NCBI GenBank assembly: GCA_036679605.1
Contig: JAZDCZ010000011.1
Location: 73,971 to 137,970, forward strand
Direction: 5' to 3'
Origin: Gemmatimonadota bacterium
GTDB taxonomy: Bacteria > Gemmatimonadota > Gemmatimonadetes > Gemmatimonadales > GWC2-71-9
Length of the DNA: 64,000 bases
Shown: one piece after another, positions 38,151-50,027 of the stretch
Position numbering within the stretch: the first letter of the stretch is position 1
How the letters are laid out: the number at the start of each line of letters is the position of its first letter
The notes under the pieces: model-generated
The model's input: only the letters and a program-made list of their open reading frames with translations
What the model was told of the DNA's origin: nothing
Database searches by the model: none
Translations under genes and position numbers: made by a program

Positions 38151-40804
38151 GACCTAGTGAGATGTGGGCGGTCAGGTGTTACCGACTGGCTACGCGGGTG
38201 TATCCCCGATCCTTCCACGTACGGTTCGGCCGGGAGATGGAGGCAACTTTTACCGCGTCGTACCTGGCGGCGCGACGGCGGGGCGGTGGGGCTGTGGCGC
38301 TCTTGTGCCTCAGGACTGCGGTCGAGGTGCTTGGGTGCGCTGTATTCGAGTGGGCGCAATGGTTGAAGCTCAGGCGCCGCCGGCTGTCGTCGGGTAAACG
38401 GTCTTTCGAATCGGTCACGTCGCTGCTCAGGGATCTCAGGATCGGCACACGCACTCTTCTGCGCCGGCCCTCGTTTACCTGGCCGGCTCTGCTCACACTC
38501 AGCCTAGGGATAGGATTGAACACGGCTGTGTTCAGCGTGGTACGTGGTGTGTTGTGGCGGTCTCTGACTTACGAGCAGCCAGACGAACTGGTGATGCTCT
38601 GGCCCGAGCGAGCGTTCAGCACACGCGAAGTGGTGTATCTCAGGAACAACACCACCACGTTGCGTGGCATGGCCACTGTGGCTTCTTGGACGGTGGCCCT
38701 CACCGATGTGGAAGAGCCCACGCAATTGAGCGCGGCGCGCACGTCGGCCAACGTGTTTAGTCTCCTCGGCGTTGCTCCGATGCTGGGGCGCACCTTTCGC
38801 GACGACGACGTAGTGGCGGGTGCCAATCCTGTCGCCATGTTGAGTCATGACACTTGGAGAGCGCGGTTCGGCGCTGACACGTCCTTGGTCGGACGGACGA
38901 TCACTATCGATGGCGAGCCTCATCGAGTGGTGGGTGTGATGCCCAAATCGTTCGAGATCTTCTCGCCCGCCACTCAGCTCTGGATTCCTTTAGTCGAGGA
39001 TCCCACGCGCTGGCAGTACAGCGGCAATTTCTCGCAGGCGATCGCTCGGATGGGGCCGAACGTGACACTTGCGGTTGCTGAAGCGGAATTCCTTGGGCTC
39101 GTGACGGGAATGCGGGAGGCGCTGGGTTATCCCGATGACTTCGGTGCCGGGGCTCGGATGGCTGGTCTCAAGGAGCAATTGGTGGGGCGTTACCGCGGGA
39201 TGTTCCTGGTGCTCTTGAGTGCTGTGGGCTTCATCCTCTTGATCGCGGGGTCCAACCTCTCGAGTCTGTTGCTTGCCAAGGCGGCCGACCGTCGTCGGGA
39301 GATGGCGATGCGGGCTGCGCTCGGCGCCACACGGGGAGGCTTGATGCGTGTGGTGTTGGCCGAGAGCGGTGTGCTGTCGCTGGCCGGAGGTTTGGCGGGT
39401 CTCGGGCTCGCATTCGGCGGGGTTGTGATGATCAAGGCGATCCTCCCGGCGGGAATGCCTCGGGTCGCGTCAATCGCGGTGGACGGTCCCGTGCTCGTCA
39501 TGTGTTTCACTTTCGCGTTGGCAACGGGTCTTCTATTCAGCGTGGCACCTGCGGCCGCCGTGACACGGGTGGATTTGCAGCGTGAAGTCGGGGGCGTGCG
39601 CACGCCCGGACAGAAAGGAATCGGCGGATTCGGTATGCGGAGCGGATTCGTGGTGCTCCAGGTGGCTCTGGCGGTGATGCTAGTGGTCGGCGCTGGTCTC
39701 ATGGTCAGAACCATCGGCGAGTTCGCCGCAGTTCGGCCCGGATTCGATTATGACCGTGTCGTTACGCTTAAGCTCTTTCCCGTGGGATCGGGCTACGACT
39801 CGCCCGCCGAGTACCGGCGGTACTATCTCGATCTGGTGGACCGGTTGGAGGCGATTGCGGGTGTGGAGGCGGTGGGCGCGGCCCAGCATCTGCCCTTGTC
39901 GGGGACGGAGTGGAACACGCCGGTCGACATCGAGGGACATCCGGTTGCCGACGGCCGGTCGCGGCCCACCGCCGGGTGGCGTATAGTGACCGGCCATTAC
40001 TTCAAGGCGATGGGGATACGGTTACTCGAGGGTCGCGTGTTTAGCCCGGCGGACGCAGAGGACGCGCCGCCCGTGGCGGTTGTGAGCCGCACGTTCGCCC
40101 GGAGGTACTGGCCTGACGGCTCGCCGGTGGGGAAGCGTATCAAGCATGGGCGGAACAGTGACACTTGGGTTATGGTCGTGGGAGTGGTAGGCGACGTCAT
40201 GCACTCGAGCCTGGTACAGGATCCGAAGCCCGTGCTCTACCGGCCGCATCTTCAGTCTACCATGCCGGCTCTCATGCTTGCGGTGCGCACGGGGGGTGAG
40301 CCGGCGAAAATGGCGGCGCGGGTCAAGAGCGAGGTATGGGCGCTTGATCCGGAAGTGCCATTGTCCGGACTGTTGTCGATGGATCAGCTAGTGAGCGCAT
40401 CGTATAGCGATTCGCGGTTGGTGATGCTGTTGCTCACGGTGTTTGCAGCGGTGGCGCTGGCGTTGGGGGCGGTCGGGGTTTATGGCGTGACGAGTTTTGC
40501 TGTCAGCCGCCGCACCAACGAGATCGGTCTCAAGATGGCGCTGGGGGCGAGCGGCCGCCGCGTGTTGGGTGAGGTGTTGCGGTTGGGTTTGATAAATGCG
40601 CTGGCTGGAACAGTTCTGGGTTTGGCGGGCGCCTTCGGGCTTGCTCGTTTCATTGAAGGGCTAGTGTTCGGCGTGTCGGCCACCGATCCCGCAACGTTTG
40701 CCGCTGTCGCCGGTTTCATCCTGTTGGTGGCGTTGGGCGCGAGTTGCCTGCCTGCGTGGCGAGCGGCGCGGATCGATCCGGCAGACGCGTTGCGCGCCGT
40801 GTGA
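38147..40804 (+). CDS. ADOP-type duplicated ABC permease, module 8 (class B head)
   Basis: ATGA overlap with padR. Head RVYPRSFHVRFGREMEATF. NEIGLKMALGA. Confidence 0.93.
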   Translation: MRPSEMWAVRCYRLATRVYPRSFHVRFGREMEATFTASYLAARRRGGGAVALLCLRTAVEVLGCAVFEWAQWLKLRRRRLSSGKRSFESVTSLLRDLRIGTRTLLRRPSFTWPALLTLSLGIGLNTAVFSVVRGVLWRSLTYEQPDELVMLWPERAFSTREVVYLRNNTTTLRGMATVASWTVALTDVEEPTQLSAARTSANVFSLLGVAPMLGRTFRDDDVVAGANPVAMLSHDTWRARFGADTSLVGRTITIDGEPHRVVGVMPKSFEIFSPATQLWIPLVEDPTRWQYSGNFSQAIARMGPNVTLAVAEAEFLGLVTGMREALGYPDDFGAGARMAGLKEQLVGRYRGMFLVLLSAVGFILLIAGSNLSSLLLAKAADRRREMAMRAALGATRGGLMRVVLAESGVLSLAGGLAGLGLAFGGVVMIKAILPAGMPRVASIAVDGPVLVMCFTFALATGLLFSVAPAAAVTRVDLQREVGGVRTPGQKGIGGFGMRSGFVVLQVALAVMLVVGAGLMVRTIGEFAAVRPGFDYDRVVTLKLFPVGSGYDSPAEYRRYYLDLVDRLEAIAGVEAVGAAQHLPLSGTEWNTPVDIEGHPVADGRSRPTAGWRIVTGHYFKAMGIRLLEGRVFSPADAEDAPPVAVVSRTFARRYWPDGSPVGKRIKHGRNSDTWVMVVGVVGDVMHSSLVQDPKPVLYRPHLQSTMPALMLAVRTGGEPAKMAARVKSEVWALDPEVPLSGLLSMDQLVSASYSDSRLVMLLLTVFAAVALALGAVGVYGVTSFAVSRRTNEIGLKMALGASGRRVLGEVLRLGLINALAGTVLGLAGAFGLARFIEGLVFGVSATDPATFAAVAGFILLVALGASCLPAWRAARIDPADALRAV

Positions 40805-41034
40805 GGCGGCCGGGGCTTGACCGATGCCGTATGGGGCATGTGGCCGTGCCGCTCTATCAACCAGCGAGTGCGGCTCAGACGACCACGTCACCGGATACCC
40901 CATCAACCTCAATTCTCTTGATTTGGGAGGGCTCCCATTCATAAGTCTGCGGGGTCGCATCCGCGCGGCGGATCATGATCCTGTTGCACTGTGACTCGCC
41001 CAGGTAGCTCGGGTTGGGCCGAGGGCCAAACCCC

Positions 41035-43785
41035 TCACTCCCACCTCAATGCCTCGACCGGATCCACCGTCGTGGCTCTCCGTGCTGGGAAGTAGCATGC
41101 GAGCAGCGCCACCAGAGTCACACCTACGGCTGCAGCAGCGTAGGTAATGGGATCCAGGGGGCTTACGCCGTACAGCAGTGCCGCCATGAGTCTTGTGAGC
41201 GCTGCAGCAGCGGCGAGACCGACGGCCACCCCGATCAGTGCCACCAATCCTCCCTGGCGGAGCACGAGCATGCGCACATTCCCTTGTTGCGCGCCAAGCG
41301 CTACCCGTACCCCGATTTCGCGTGTGCGCTGGGCCACGACGTACGAGATTACCCCGTAGATGCCTACCATACCAAGAAGCAAGGCTACGACAGCGGCAAT
41401 CCCGAGCATGACCAGGGTGAATGAGGTACGGGCCATCGAATCGGCTAGGATCTGGTCCAGGGTCTTCACGTTAGCGAGTGGAAGATTCGGATTGATTGAC
41501 CAGACACTCTGGCGGATTCGGGAGAGGACACTCGCGGGGTCGGCCACCCTGACGCGGATCGCATAGGATAACGTGCGCCACACATATGGTGTGCTGCCCC
41601 AGAAGTCGGCCATAACGAACGGCCAGAAGACAATGGTTGGAGGGTCCGCAGCCACCCCGTCGTCGTGTACGTTGCCGACTACACCGACGATCTCGTACCA
41701 CGGTCCCCCCCCGCCGACCCGGATGCGTTTGCCCAGCGCGCGGTTTGGCTGGCCCCAGTACTCCCGAGCGAAATTCTCCGACACGACCACCACCGTTGCT
41801 GCATTTCGCATGTCATCCCACGTGAACACGCGACCGGCCAGAACCGGATTCCCCATCGTTGCGAAGTAGTCACCCGCGACCCACTTGTACCGTCGCGACG
41901 GCGCAAGCTCGTTTTCTGGGGTCGGAAAATCTTCAACGTCGACGCCGTTGTTACTGGTTAGGCCGTCCATGGCAATCGAACTCGAGGCGCCGACCGACAT
42001 GACTTCCGGGAGTCCTCCGATCCGCTCCAGAATGCTTTCGTGCATCCGGGCGGCCGCCTCGGCGTCCGGAACTTCGCGGGAAGGGATCGAGAGCCGTGCC
42101 GTCAGTACTTCATCCGGTCGATCGAACCCTGGATATACCTGTCGCAGGGCCTGGAAGCTTCGGACCATCAGGCCCGATGCGATCAATAGGATGAGCGCCA
42201 GTGCTACTTCGCTGGCCGCCAGGGCGTTGCGCAGTCGGTGCCGCTCTTTCCCGTCACTCGTGCCGCGGCCTCCGGACCTCAATGCGTTCGCCAGGTTCGG
42301 CGCACTGAAACGCAGCAACTGTAACAGACCAAAGACGAGTCCGGTGGCGACGGCGATGGCCAAAGTGAACCACACGACGACGGGAGTGATCGTAATCTGA
42401 TCAACACGCGGGAGGTTGTCGGGCGCCAGGCGCACGAGTAGCCGCAATCCCCCATACGCCAGGCCCAGGCCCACTGTGCCACCACCAAGTCCCAGGACCA
42501 AACTCTCAGCGAGGAATTGACGAGCGATGCGGCTGCGACCGGCCCCCATGGCCGCGCGCACAGCGATTTCGCGTTGCCGGGTCTCGGCCCGGATCAAGAA
42601 GAGGTTGGCCACGTTGACACACGCAATGAAGAGCACCAAACCCACGGTGCCAAGGATCACCCAAATCACCCTTCCTATGTTTCCGATTTCGTCCACTTTG
42701 AGCGGATGCACGTCGGGCCCGTAGTTGGCGTCGGCCATCTTCGCCGCCGTGGGTCCACCCGGGAACCGCTCCGGCGCGAGTGGTAGCATGCGTGCGATGT
42801 CTCGGTTGGCCTCCTCCATCGTCACGCCGGGGCGGAGCCTTGCAAGTCCTCGAAACGAAAAGTTGCCTGCTGTGACGCGGGACCGATCGAACCGGAGCGT
42901 CAGGTATACCGCTGGATCGTTCCCCAGAATACGGATTCCCGGCGGCATGACGCCGATGATCTCGATTGCGAGGCCGTTGAGCAACAACGTCTGACCGATC
43001 ACGTCCGGGTCTCCACCAAACCGGCGGCGCCAGTAACCGTTCCCCAGCATCACCGTGAGTGGAGTGCCCGGAGTATCATCCTGTGCCGAGAACCGCCGCC
43101 CCAGAATCGGTTCGATCCCCAGCGTCGGGAGCGTGCCATCGGTGACCTGCATCATCATGACACGCTCGGGTTCATCCAGTCCGGTCACCGTCACCTGCGT
43201 CGTCCTCCACAAACCAATTTCCTCGAAGACGTGGTTCTCGTCGCGATAGGTGAAATACGTGCCCGGTGACAACGGATATTTTCCGTCGCCTCTTCCAGGC
43301 ACGGTGTGCCACACGCCCACCAATCGTTCCGGTTGGTGAAACGGCAACGGCTGGAGCAGTACTCCATTCAGAACGCTGAAGATCGCCGCAGTGGCGCCGA
43401 TACCCAGCGCGAGTGTGACCAGGGCCGTTAGCGTGAATCCAGGATTCTTGGCCAAACTTCTAATTGCGTACCGTAGATCCGCCATGGTAGTCTGCATCAG
43501 AAAATCTCTCCTGGGTTCTGATTTTGGCCTACGCCCCGGACCGGTGAGGCGTTCGGCGAGGCCCGCCTTCATCAATTGCCAACTAACTCGAAGCGTTGCT
43601 ACCGCTATCGCGAATCGTTGAAACGATCTTCCTCTAGCGGAGCGGATTGCTTCCTCGCGTTGATCGAAGAAGGCTGCCAGCATGTCGTCGCCAAACTGCC
43701 GTCTAAAGTCACCGGGGAACAATCGCAACACGATTCGGATCCAGTGCTCGCTCCAATTCATGTGATCTTCACCCCTCCGCTTCAC
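41035..43785 (-). CDS. ADOP-type duplicated ABC permease, module 9 (class B head)
   Basis: GTGA overlap with padR. Head [37 protein letters not shown]. Confidence 0.93.
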   Translation of the reverse strand: MKRRGEDHMNWSEHWIRIVLRLFPGDFRRQFGDDMLAAFFDQREEAIRSARGRSFQRFAIAVATLRVSWQLMKAGLAERLTGPGRRPKSEPRRDFLMQTTMADLRYAIRSLAKNPGFTLTALVTLALGIGATAAIFSVLNGVLLQPLPFHQPERLVGVWHTVPGRGDGKYPLSPGTYFTYRDENHVFEEIGLWRTTQVTVTGLDEPERVMMMQVTDGTLPTLGIEPILGRRFSAQDDTPGTPLTVMLGNGYWRRRFGGDPDVIGQTLLLNGLAIEIIGVMPPGIRILGNDPAVYLTLRFDRSRVTAGNFSFRGLARLRPGVTMEEANRDIARMLPLAPERFPGGPTAAKMADANYGPDVHPLKVDEIGNIGRVIWVILGTVGLVLFIACVNVANLFLIRAETRQREIAVRAAMGAGRSRIARQFLAESLVLGLGGGTVGLGLAYGGLRLLVRLAPDNLPRVDQITITPVVVWFTLAIAVATGLVFGLLQLLRFSAPNLANALRSGGRGTSDGKERHRLRNALAASEVALALILLIASGLMVRSFQALRQVYPGFDRPDEVLTARLSIPSREVPDAEAAARMHESILERIGGLPEVMSVGASSSIAMDGLTSNNGVDVEDFPTPENELAPSRRYKWVAGDYFATMGNPVLAGRVFTWDDMRNAATVVVVSENFAREYWGQPNRALGKRIRVGGGGPWYEIVGVVGNVHDDGVAADPPTIVFWPFVMADFWGSTPYVWRTLSYAIRVRVADPASVLSRIRQSVWSINPNLPLANVKTLDQILADSMARTSFTLVMLGIAAVVALLLGMVGIYGVISYVVAQRTREIGVRVALGAQQGNVRMLVLRQGGLVALIGVAVGLAAAAALTRLMAALLYGVSPLDPITYAAAAVGVTLVALLACYFPARRATTVDPVEALRWE

Positions 43786-44150
43786 CGTTCCCCCAACAGC
43801 CGCACAGCCAACTTGGATTCGAGAAGTGCTCGGAGTCGCTGTGCTTCCGCCTGTGCCACGCGTCGGCCGAGTCCGGTCGCAGCGTAGTAGCGCCGCTTTC
43901 GCTTGGAGTCCGGCTCGCCCAGGCTCACTTCCTCGATCAGCCCCCGTTTCATCATCCGACTGATGATTCGGTACAGCGAACCCAGCTCCAACGTCGACTT
44001 GCCCGCACCTTCTCCCGACGCTTGCACGATTCCGTAGCCATGGAGGGGTTGCTCTAAGAGCATCAGTAACACTTGGAAGTCCTTGGGGCCCAGGGGCAGG
44101 AACTTGCTGAAGTTGCGTAACTCATTGTCAACTCTATGCATGGCCGTCAT
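43782..44150 (-). CDS. PadR-family regulator, class B
   Basis: [34 protein letters not shown]. Start uncertain. Confidence 0.92.
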   Translation of the reverse strand: MTAMHRVDNELRNFSKFLPLGPKDFQVLLMLLEQPLHGYGIVQASGEGAGKSTLELGSLYRIISRMMKRGLIEEVSLGEPDSKRKRRYYAATGLGRRVAQAEAQRLRALLESKLAVRLLGER

Positions 44151-44161
44151 CTCACGGTTGA

Positions 44162-44195
44162 TATCTGTCAATTACATATATGTAAGATACTTATA
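44162..44195. promoter_or_regulatory. AT-rich palindrome, putative class B operator
   Basis: Core TTACATATATGTAA (44172-44185) within two TAT-N11-ATA 17-mers. Confidence 0.55.
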
Positions 44196-44449
44196 TTAGC
44201 GAAAAGGTTGGAATTCAACTTGCTGTGAGAAGCTGTTGCGTCGGATGACGATCCTCGTCAGCGCCTCAAGCGCCGCAGTGCGGCTGCTCCCAAGGTCCTG
44301 GGAGGCTAGGCGGGAAGTCTGCCCTAGTCTTCCCATCTAGGACGTGAACACTATGAGAGAATACGCGTGACAAGCGGCGTCGATCCGATGCGGCCGCTCC
44401 GTGAACCCTAGTACCCCCGTGCACTCCTCTACGGCAACCGTCCGTGCCG

Positions 44450-47208
44450 CTACTCCGCTCTCAAAACGTTCATTGGGTCGACCGCCGCGGCGCGTCGTGC
44501 CGGCGAGAACGATGCCCCGAGCACCAGTACCATAAGGAGCGCGGAGGTTGCAGCGTAAGTGACGAGGTCCGTCCCGGCCACGCCGAACAGCAAGGACTCG
44601 AGCACGCGACTGAGCCCCGCTGCGCCCGCCAACCCGAATGCCACGCCGATCAACCCGATGATGCCGCCCTGACGCAGCACCATTCCTTGAACGTCGGCAG
44701 TTTGGGCGCCCAATGCTATGCGTACGCCGATCTCTCGCGTTCTTTGACTCACGACGTAGGCTACAACGCCATAAACCCCGACGACTCCCAGCAGCAGCGC
44801 GGCCGACCCCGCCGTTACCAGCAACAGCATTGCGAAGCTGAGCTGTTGCATCGACGCGGCCTTTAGTTGTTCCAGCGTTTTCACTGCGGTGATTGGAACT
44901 AGCATGTTCGTCTTGGCTATCTCTTCTCGGACCATCGGCAAGACCGATAGTGGATCGCCCGACGTCTTGAGCACGATTGCGAAGTTGCGCACAAACATGC
45001 CGTGGCTTGTCCCGGGCCTGAATACCGTGGGCAGGTAGACCATGGGTTCGGGGTCCTGTGCGAGACCTGCCTCGTGAATGTCGGCTACCACGCCTACGAC
45101 GCGGTACCATACGTCCGGCTCCGACGGCTGCCACTGTACCAGCCGCTGTTCTAGCGGATCCTGTCCTGGCCAGCGTTCCTCAGCGAACGCTCGGTTGACG
45201 ATCGCGACGTCCGGATCGGTGGCATAGTCGTGACGGGTCATCTCGCGTCCACGGAGCAGAGTCGCGCCAATTGCCTTCAGGTACCCAGGTCCGATGAAAC
45301 TCCGCGCGGCGAGAGGTGCCTGAGTGCCCTCCTCGGGGATCGCTTCCGGAGTGGCGATCTCGGCCTGATAGAAATTCCCGTCCAGCGGCAAGTCGCCGGT
45401 GTACGTAGCCGCCACGACACCCGGCAGCTGCTCGAGGGTTTGGGTCAACTCCAACAGGTAGTCCGTGCGTCCTTGCGGACCGTCGAAGTTATTGCCAAGT
45501 GTCACCCGCACCGTGAGCACGTCAGCCGTGCCGAAACCGGGCTCGACGTGGCGGAGGTTCCAGAACGTTCTCATGAGCAGTCCCGATCCCACGAGTAGCA
45601 TCATCGCGAAGCCGGTTCTCATGAGCAGTCCCGATCCCACGAGTAGCATCATCGCGAAGCCGATCTGCGCGACCACCATTGCATGCCGTGCCCGGTTTCG
45701 TTCCCGCCCGCTCGTGGCAGCCCGGTCTCCATCTCCTGCCACCGCTGATAGACTGAGCCGTGCGTATCGGGCTACCGGCACGAGTCCGAGTACCAGCGAA
45801 GAGACCAGTGCGATCGAGCCGGCAAACGCCAGCGCTCTCCAATCCAGGCCGACTTGATTCGAGACGTGGAATGTTGCTCGGTGCAATGCGGAGCAGCATG
45901 CCGGTGCCGCTCGCTGCGACCATGACGCCTAGTACCGTACCTGCCGTTGCCAGAAGGAAACTCTCGGCCAGGAACGATTGTGACAGCCGGGCGCCCGTGG
46001 CGCCGAGTGCCCGCCTTACTGCGATCTCTCTTCTCCTCGACTCGGCGCGTACCGCGAACAAATTGAGCACGTTCACCATCGCAATGAGCAGCACGAGCCC
46101 TATTGCGCCCATAATGATCCAGAGCACTCCGGCGATATCTCCCACGAGTGCGTTCTTGAAAGGCTCGACGACCGGTGCAAGTCGGCTCTCTTGCACCGAA
46201 CGGGTGGTGAATCCGCCGGGGTGGGGGTACAGCTCGGGCATCTGGTGCATCAACATGATGAGTTCACGGTTGGCGTCTTGAGCTGTGGCACCGGGCGCAA
46301 GCCTACCGATTGCCTGATACATGAAGTTGCCCAAGCGGGCCCTCGTACGGTCGAGCCTGAGGTTCACGATCAATGCGGGGTCGTCGAACGAGTTGCCGAA
46401 TGTCACGAAGGCCTCGGGCCGTATGAAGTCGAACCATTCGGGCAGAACACCAACGATCGGTATGGGAGATCGCTCGGAAAGCGGTTTGCCGATGACTGTC
46501 GAGTCTCCTCCGAACCGGCTCATCCAGAACTTGTGAGTGAGGATCACAACAACGGGCGCGCCGGATTGTCCCTCTTCTTCGGTGAAGAGCCGTCCCAGCA
46601 ATGGCTTGACCCCGAGCACGGAGAACAGGGAGGGCGTAGCCTGAATAACCCCCGCCTCGGTTGCGCCGCTGTCTCCATCGGTGGTTGCGGATGACTCTAT
46701 ATAGAGGGCATACTCGGCAAGGGTGGATGCGTTTTCGCGGTAGTGAAAGAACGTACCGTCGGGGGTGCCCATGCGGTCGATGTTGCTGCCGGGTGCCGTG
46801 TGACTGATACGCACGAGCCGGGTTGCGTCCCGGTAGGGCAGGGGCTTTAGCACCACGCCGTCCACCACACTGAAGATTGCGGTTGTCGCTCCCACGCCCA
46901 GCGCGATCGTGACGATTGCAACGGCGCTGAAAACCGGCGCACGTTTCGCAACTCTGGCTGCGAGTTTCAGGTCGTTCCAAAAAGCTTTCTTTGTGCTTGG
47001 GTTTCCGCCGCTCACGCGCTCGCTCCACCATATACGAGAGAGCGGTCATGCCGGCTTGGAACCAGTACCACACGTGTGCGACGACGATGGTAAAGCGGCG
47101 GGCTACCTTCGCGTGTTCTTGTCTCAGATCCCCCACGATTCCCTCGCGGGCGTGGTCGCCTGGAATGATTTTGCGGAGCCAGCGCTCGGCGAGTCGTGGT
47201 GGCGTCAC
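44450..47208 (-). pseudogene. frameshifted ADOP-type permease, module 10 (class C head)
   Basis: GTG 47208, head PPRLA...GDLRQEH. Frameshifts near 46990 and 45858. In-frame 48-bp duplication. Confidence 0.88.
45567..45662. repeat. perfect 48-bp tandem duplication
   Basis: GTTCTCATGAGCAGTCCCGATCCCACGAGTAGCATCATCGCGAAGCCG occurs twice and encodes GFAMMLLVGSGLLMRT twice. Confidence 0.97.
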
Positions 47209-47442
47209 CGGTCCTCCAACACCGATTCGAAACCGGTCCAGAGGTTGACGAGGGCGCTGCGGGCAGCGCGGAGTCTTGACCAGGCGGTCCAGAGTGATGT
47301 AGACGGCGCCGCGAGCAACTCGCCTTCCCGTCTGCTCGATCAACTCTTCGCGCACTGCGGATGCGTATGCGTCGTTGCCCAGGCGCAGGACCGAGAGGAG
47401 CACCATCTGCTCCAATTCACCGAGATATGTCTTGCGATTCAT
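47205..47442 (-). pseudogene. class C PadR with internal deletion
   Basis: LGELEQMVLL...GAVYITLDRLVK is joined out of frame to the C-terminal LRAARSALVNLWTGFESVLEDR*. The wing region is missing. Confidence 0.85.
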
Positions 47443-47448
47443 ATGTGC

Positions 47449-47499
47449 CTACATAATTGATGTTAATGACTACATAATTAGCAGTACGGTGAGAGTCAA
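47449..47499 (-). promoter_or_regulatory. putative promoter/operator of module 10
   Basis: Direct repeat CTACATAATT at 47449 and 47470. TTGACT on the minus strand at 47494-47499. Confidence 0.5.
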
Positions 47500-47825
47500 G
47501 GGATGGTTTCGGGTCACCGAGTGGGACAGGCACTCGCAGCCTTTCCGAGGCAACAGATGGAGGGCGGCCTCCAGGCGTGGTCATAGCTCCCAGGCAGTTG
47601 CTTGTGGCTGCTTGATCGATGACTTCCTTGACGAGCTGGAGGCGAGAGCGGGAAACTTAATGCTGGATGTCTGGTCCGCTGAACGTGGTCGGTGCGAAAG
47701 AGAACCTCAGCATCGCGTACATGCACCGCCAGACCAACTTCATCGCGTCCCAGGCGTTCGCGGTCAACGAGCTGTGACTGCTGTGTGCCGGCGCGTCGCG
47801 TTCGGTGGATATGAAATCATCTCGC

Positions 47826-50027
47826 TCACGGCTGGGACCCTTCCGTTGTCGCTATTTCTTCGGTAAGCGCTTCCGCTTGCCGCAGCGCTGAGAAAAGGTC
47901 AGTGTACTCGAACCGTATGCGACCGAGTTCGTCCGTAATGAAGTACTCGGGCGTCCCCCACGAGTTGAACGCTCTAGTCGCTTCATGGCGAGTATCGTGA
48001 TAAAGCGGCTGGGTAACGCCCCGTTCTCGAACAAACTCGTACAAGTCGTCCGACGGCGGCTGTTCTGCGACGATCACCACGGCAATGCCACGTTCCTCCA
48101 AGACCTGAGCCAAACGTCCGATGTCCGGGAGCGCCTGAATGGCCTCACCGCAGTACCGATTCCATATCACGACCAGGGTCACCCGGCTATTTGTAATCTC
48201 GCGGAACGTTCGGGTCGTGCCGTCCCGGGTTACCAACCGGATGCGCTCCGGCAGGGATCGCATTGTCGCATCCCGGAGCGTACGACGGTGCATGGTCTCG
48301 CGGGCGGTGCGCACGTGCTCTTCCCATGAAGAAGGGTCAAAGGCTTGGCCGAGGCGCTCTCGTGCCGTGTCAGCGAAACTCGCGGTCGTCGTCGGATCGG
48401 CCGCAACGCGTGCGAGCGTTCGAAACGCAGCGCTCGCTTGCCCAAGTTCGAGTTGCACTTCGGCCACGCTCCGGAAGACCTTAGTATTCCAGCCGATATT
48501 GACCGCTCTCTGAAGCGACTCAGCCGCTCGCTCGGTTTGCCCGTCGTCCAAAAGCACACGCCCAAACTGATTCGACAAGCGTTGGATCGGAATCTCGAGT
48601 CTGCGCTGGTTCTCCTCAACGGTCATCTCTAGTGGGCGATCCTCGTCGGGGGCGGCCTCCACTCGATCGAGCTCAGCTTCAAGTATCTGGATGGCGCGTT
48701 GGCGGAGGGTCGGAATTGCGGCGAGACGCGCAGCCACCTCCGTGCTCAATGACGGAAAGACCGCGAGGAAACGCTCCGCCCAACGGATGGTGAGGTCGGC
48801 GTCCCGGGTGCCCGCAGCGAAGTTGAGGCCCTGGCGCACCAGATGCCTGTACCCAGGACCACCCTTGTCGGGCTCGTGCTCTACGACGGTCCACACGGAG
48901 TCCAACTCATGTAGGACGCGCGTCGTATCCTTATAGTGCGGCACGAGAATATCGTAGACGATGTGCAGTTGGAGCGACTGCGTATGGTGTGGGAATCGCC
49001 TCAGTAACGCGGTGCGCCAGTGCTCGGACGCAATCGAATCCTTCGCTCCGCGCGCAGCTAACATCATCCATTGCAGCGCGTCGCCGTCGAGGTCTTGCCG
49101 ATCCCGAAGTTCCCGATTGAGTTGCGCAAAACGCTCTTGAAAGCGCGGCAGACCGCTATCGGACCATGCCGTAGTACCCAACGCGAGCGGTTCGAAAAAA
49201 CTCACCGCTGACAGCCCGTGGGGATCGCTGGGGTATTGGCGCGCCAGCTCTTTCGCGGATTCAAACGCCAGCTCCCAGTTGCGGCCCATCATGTCGGACG
49301 AGCGCTGCTCGAGCGCTTCCGCAATCGGCCGGCCATCCGCTTGGTGTACAGACAGCTCCCAGAGGCGGCGGCCGTTGTTGTCGACAATACGCCCATCGAG
49401 CGTTTCGACTGCGAATACGGCATACACGATCGAGTCGGGGAGCGTAAATGAGCCGCGGAACAACAGGTCGTCTGTCCGAACGAGCGTGGCCACCACCGTT
49501 GTCTTCATCCCTACGTTGTAGTTCTCGTCGTGTTTGCTGCGCAGTCTGGCGCGTACTCGTAGTTCCTGCTGCTCGGCCATTCCGGGATCAGCGCGGTACG
49601 TCAGGGCAATTCGCTCGCCCCGCTCGGGTCGTGACGGCTGGAACGAGAGATCACTCCGGAACGCGCCGAGTTCACGCACCCCCACGGCGAAGATGCCCCC
49701 AACGATGGCGATGATGAGTATCGCCGCGCGGGCCAAAGCGCTTGCTGACCGCAGGCGAGGTGGATCGTTGAGCGGAAGCCGGATGCGTTCTCCGGCGGCA
49801 CGGCGTGCGAGCGCTCGCTCGAGTATGCCGGCAGGCGGTTCGATCTCCACCCCGTCGCTCGCTGCGCGGCCGAGCACACGGATGAAGCGAATACGCGCAC
49901 GGCAGTGCGGGCAAACGCTCACATGTGATGCGACGCGCTCCGCGGGGGAGCCGCTCAGGTCGGCGTCGGCGAACCGGTGTAGGGTCCGTTCACTGGGATG
50001 TCGGGACGTCCTGTTCGTTCTGCTCAT
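47826..50027 (-). CDS. anti-sigma-like protein: N-terminal HxxxCxxC zinc finger, TM helix, helical region, C-terminal TlpA/thioredoxin-like domain
   Basis: HVSVCPHCR, hydrophobic helix, WNRYCGEA and WGTPEYFITD. ATGA overlap with the sigma gene. Confidence 0.75.
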   Translation of the reverse strand: MSRTNRTSRHPSERTLHRFADADLSGSPAERVASHVSVCPHCRARIRFIRVLGRAASDGVEIEPPAGILERALARRAAGERIRLPLNDPPRLRSASALARAAILIIAIVGGIFAVGVRELGAFRSDLSFQPSRPERGERIALTYRADPGMAEQQELRVRARLRSKHDENYNVGMKTTVVATLVRTDDLLFRGSFTLPDSIVYAVFAVETLDGRIVDNNGRRLWELSVHQADGRPIAEALEQRSSDMMGRNWELAFESAKELARQYPSDPHGLSAVSFFEPLALGTTAWSDSGLPRFQERFAQLNRELRDRQDLDGDALQWMMLAARGAKDSIASEHWRTALLRRFPHHTQSLQLHIVYDILVPHYKDTTRVLHELDSVWTVVEHEPDKGGPGYRHLVRQGLNFAAGTRDADLTIRWAERFLAVFPSLSTEVAARLAAIPTLRQRAIQILEAELDRVEAAPDEDRPLEMTVEENQRRLEIPIQRLSNQFGRVLLDDGQTERAAESLQRAVNIGWNTKVFRSVAEVQLELGQASAAFRTLARVAADPTTTASFADTARERLGQAFDPSSWEEHVRTARETMHRRTLRDATMRSLPERIRLVTRDGTTRTFREITNSRVTLVVIWNRYCGEAIQALPDIGRLAQVLEERGIAVVIVAEQPPSDDLYEFVRERGVTQPLYHDTRHEATRAFNSWGTPEYFITDELGRIRFEYTDLFSALRQAEALTEEIATTEGSQP

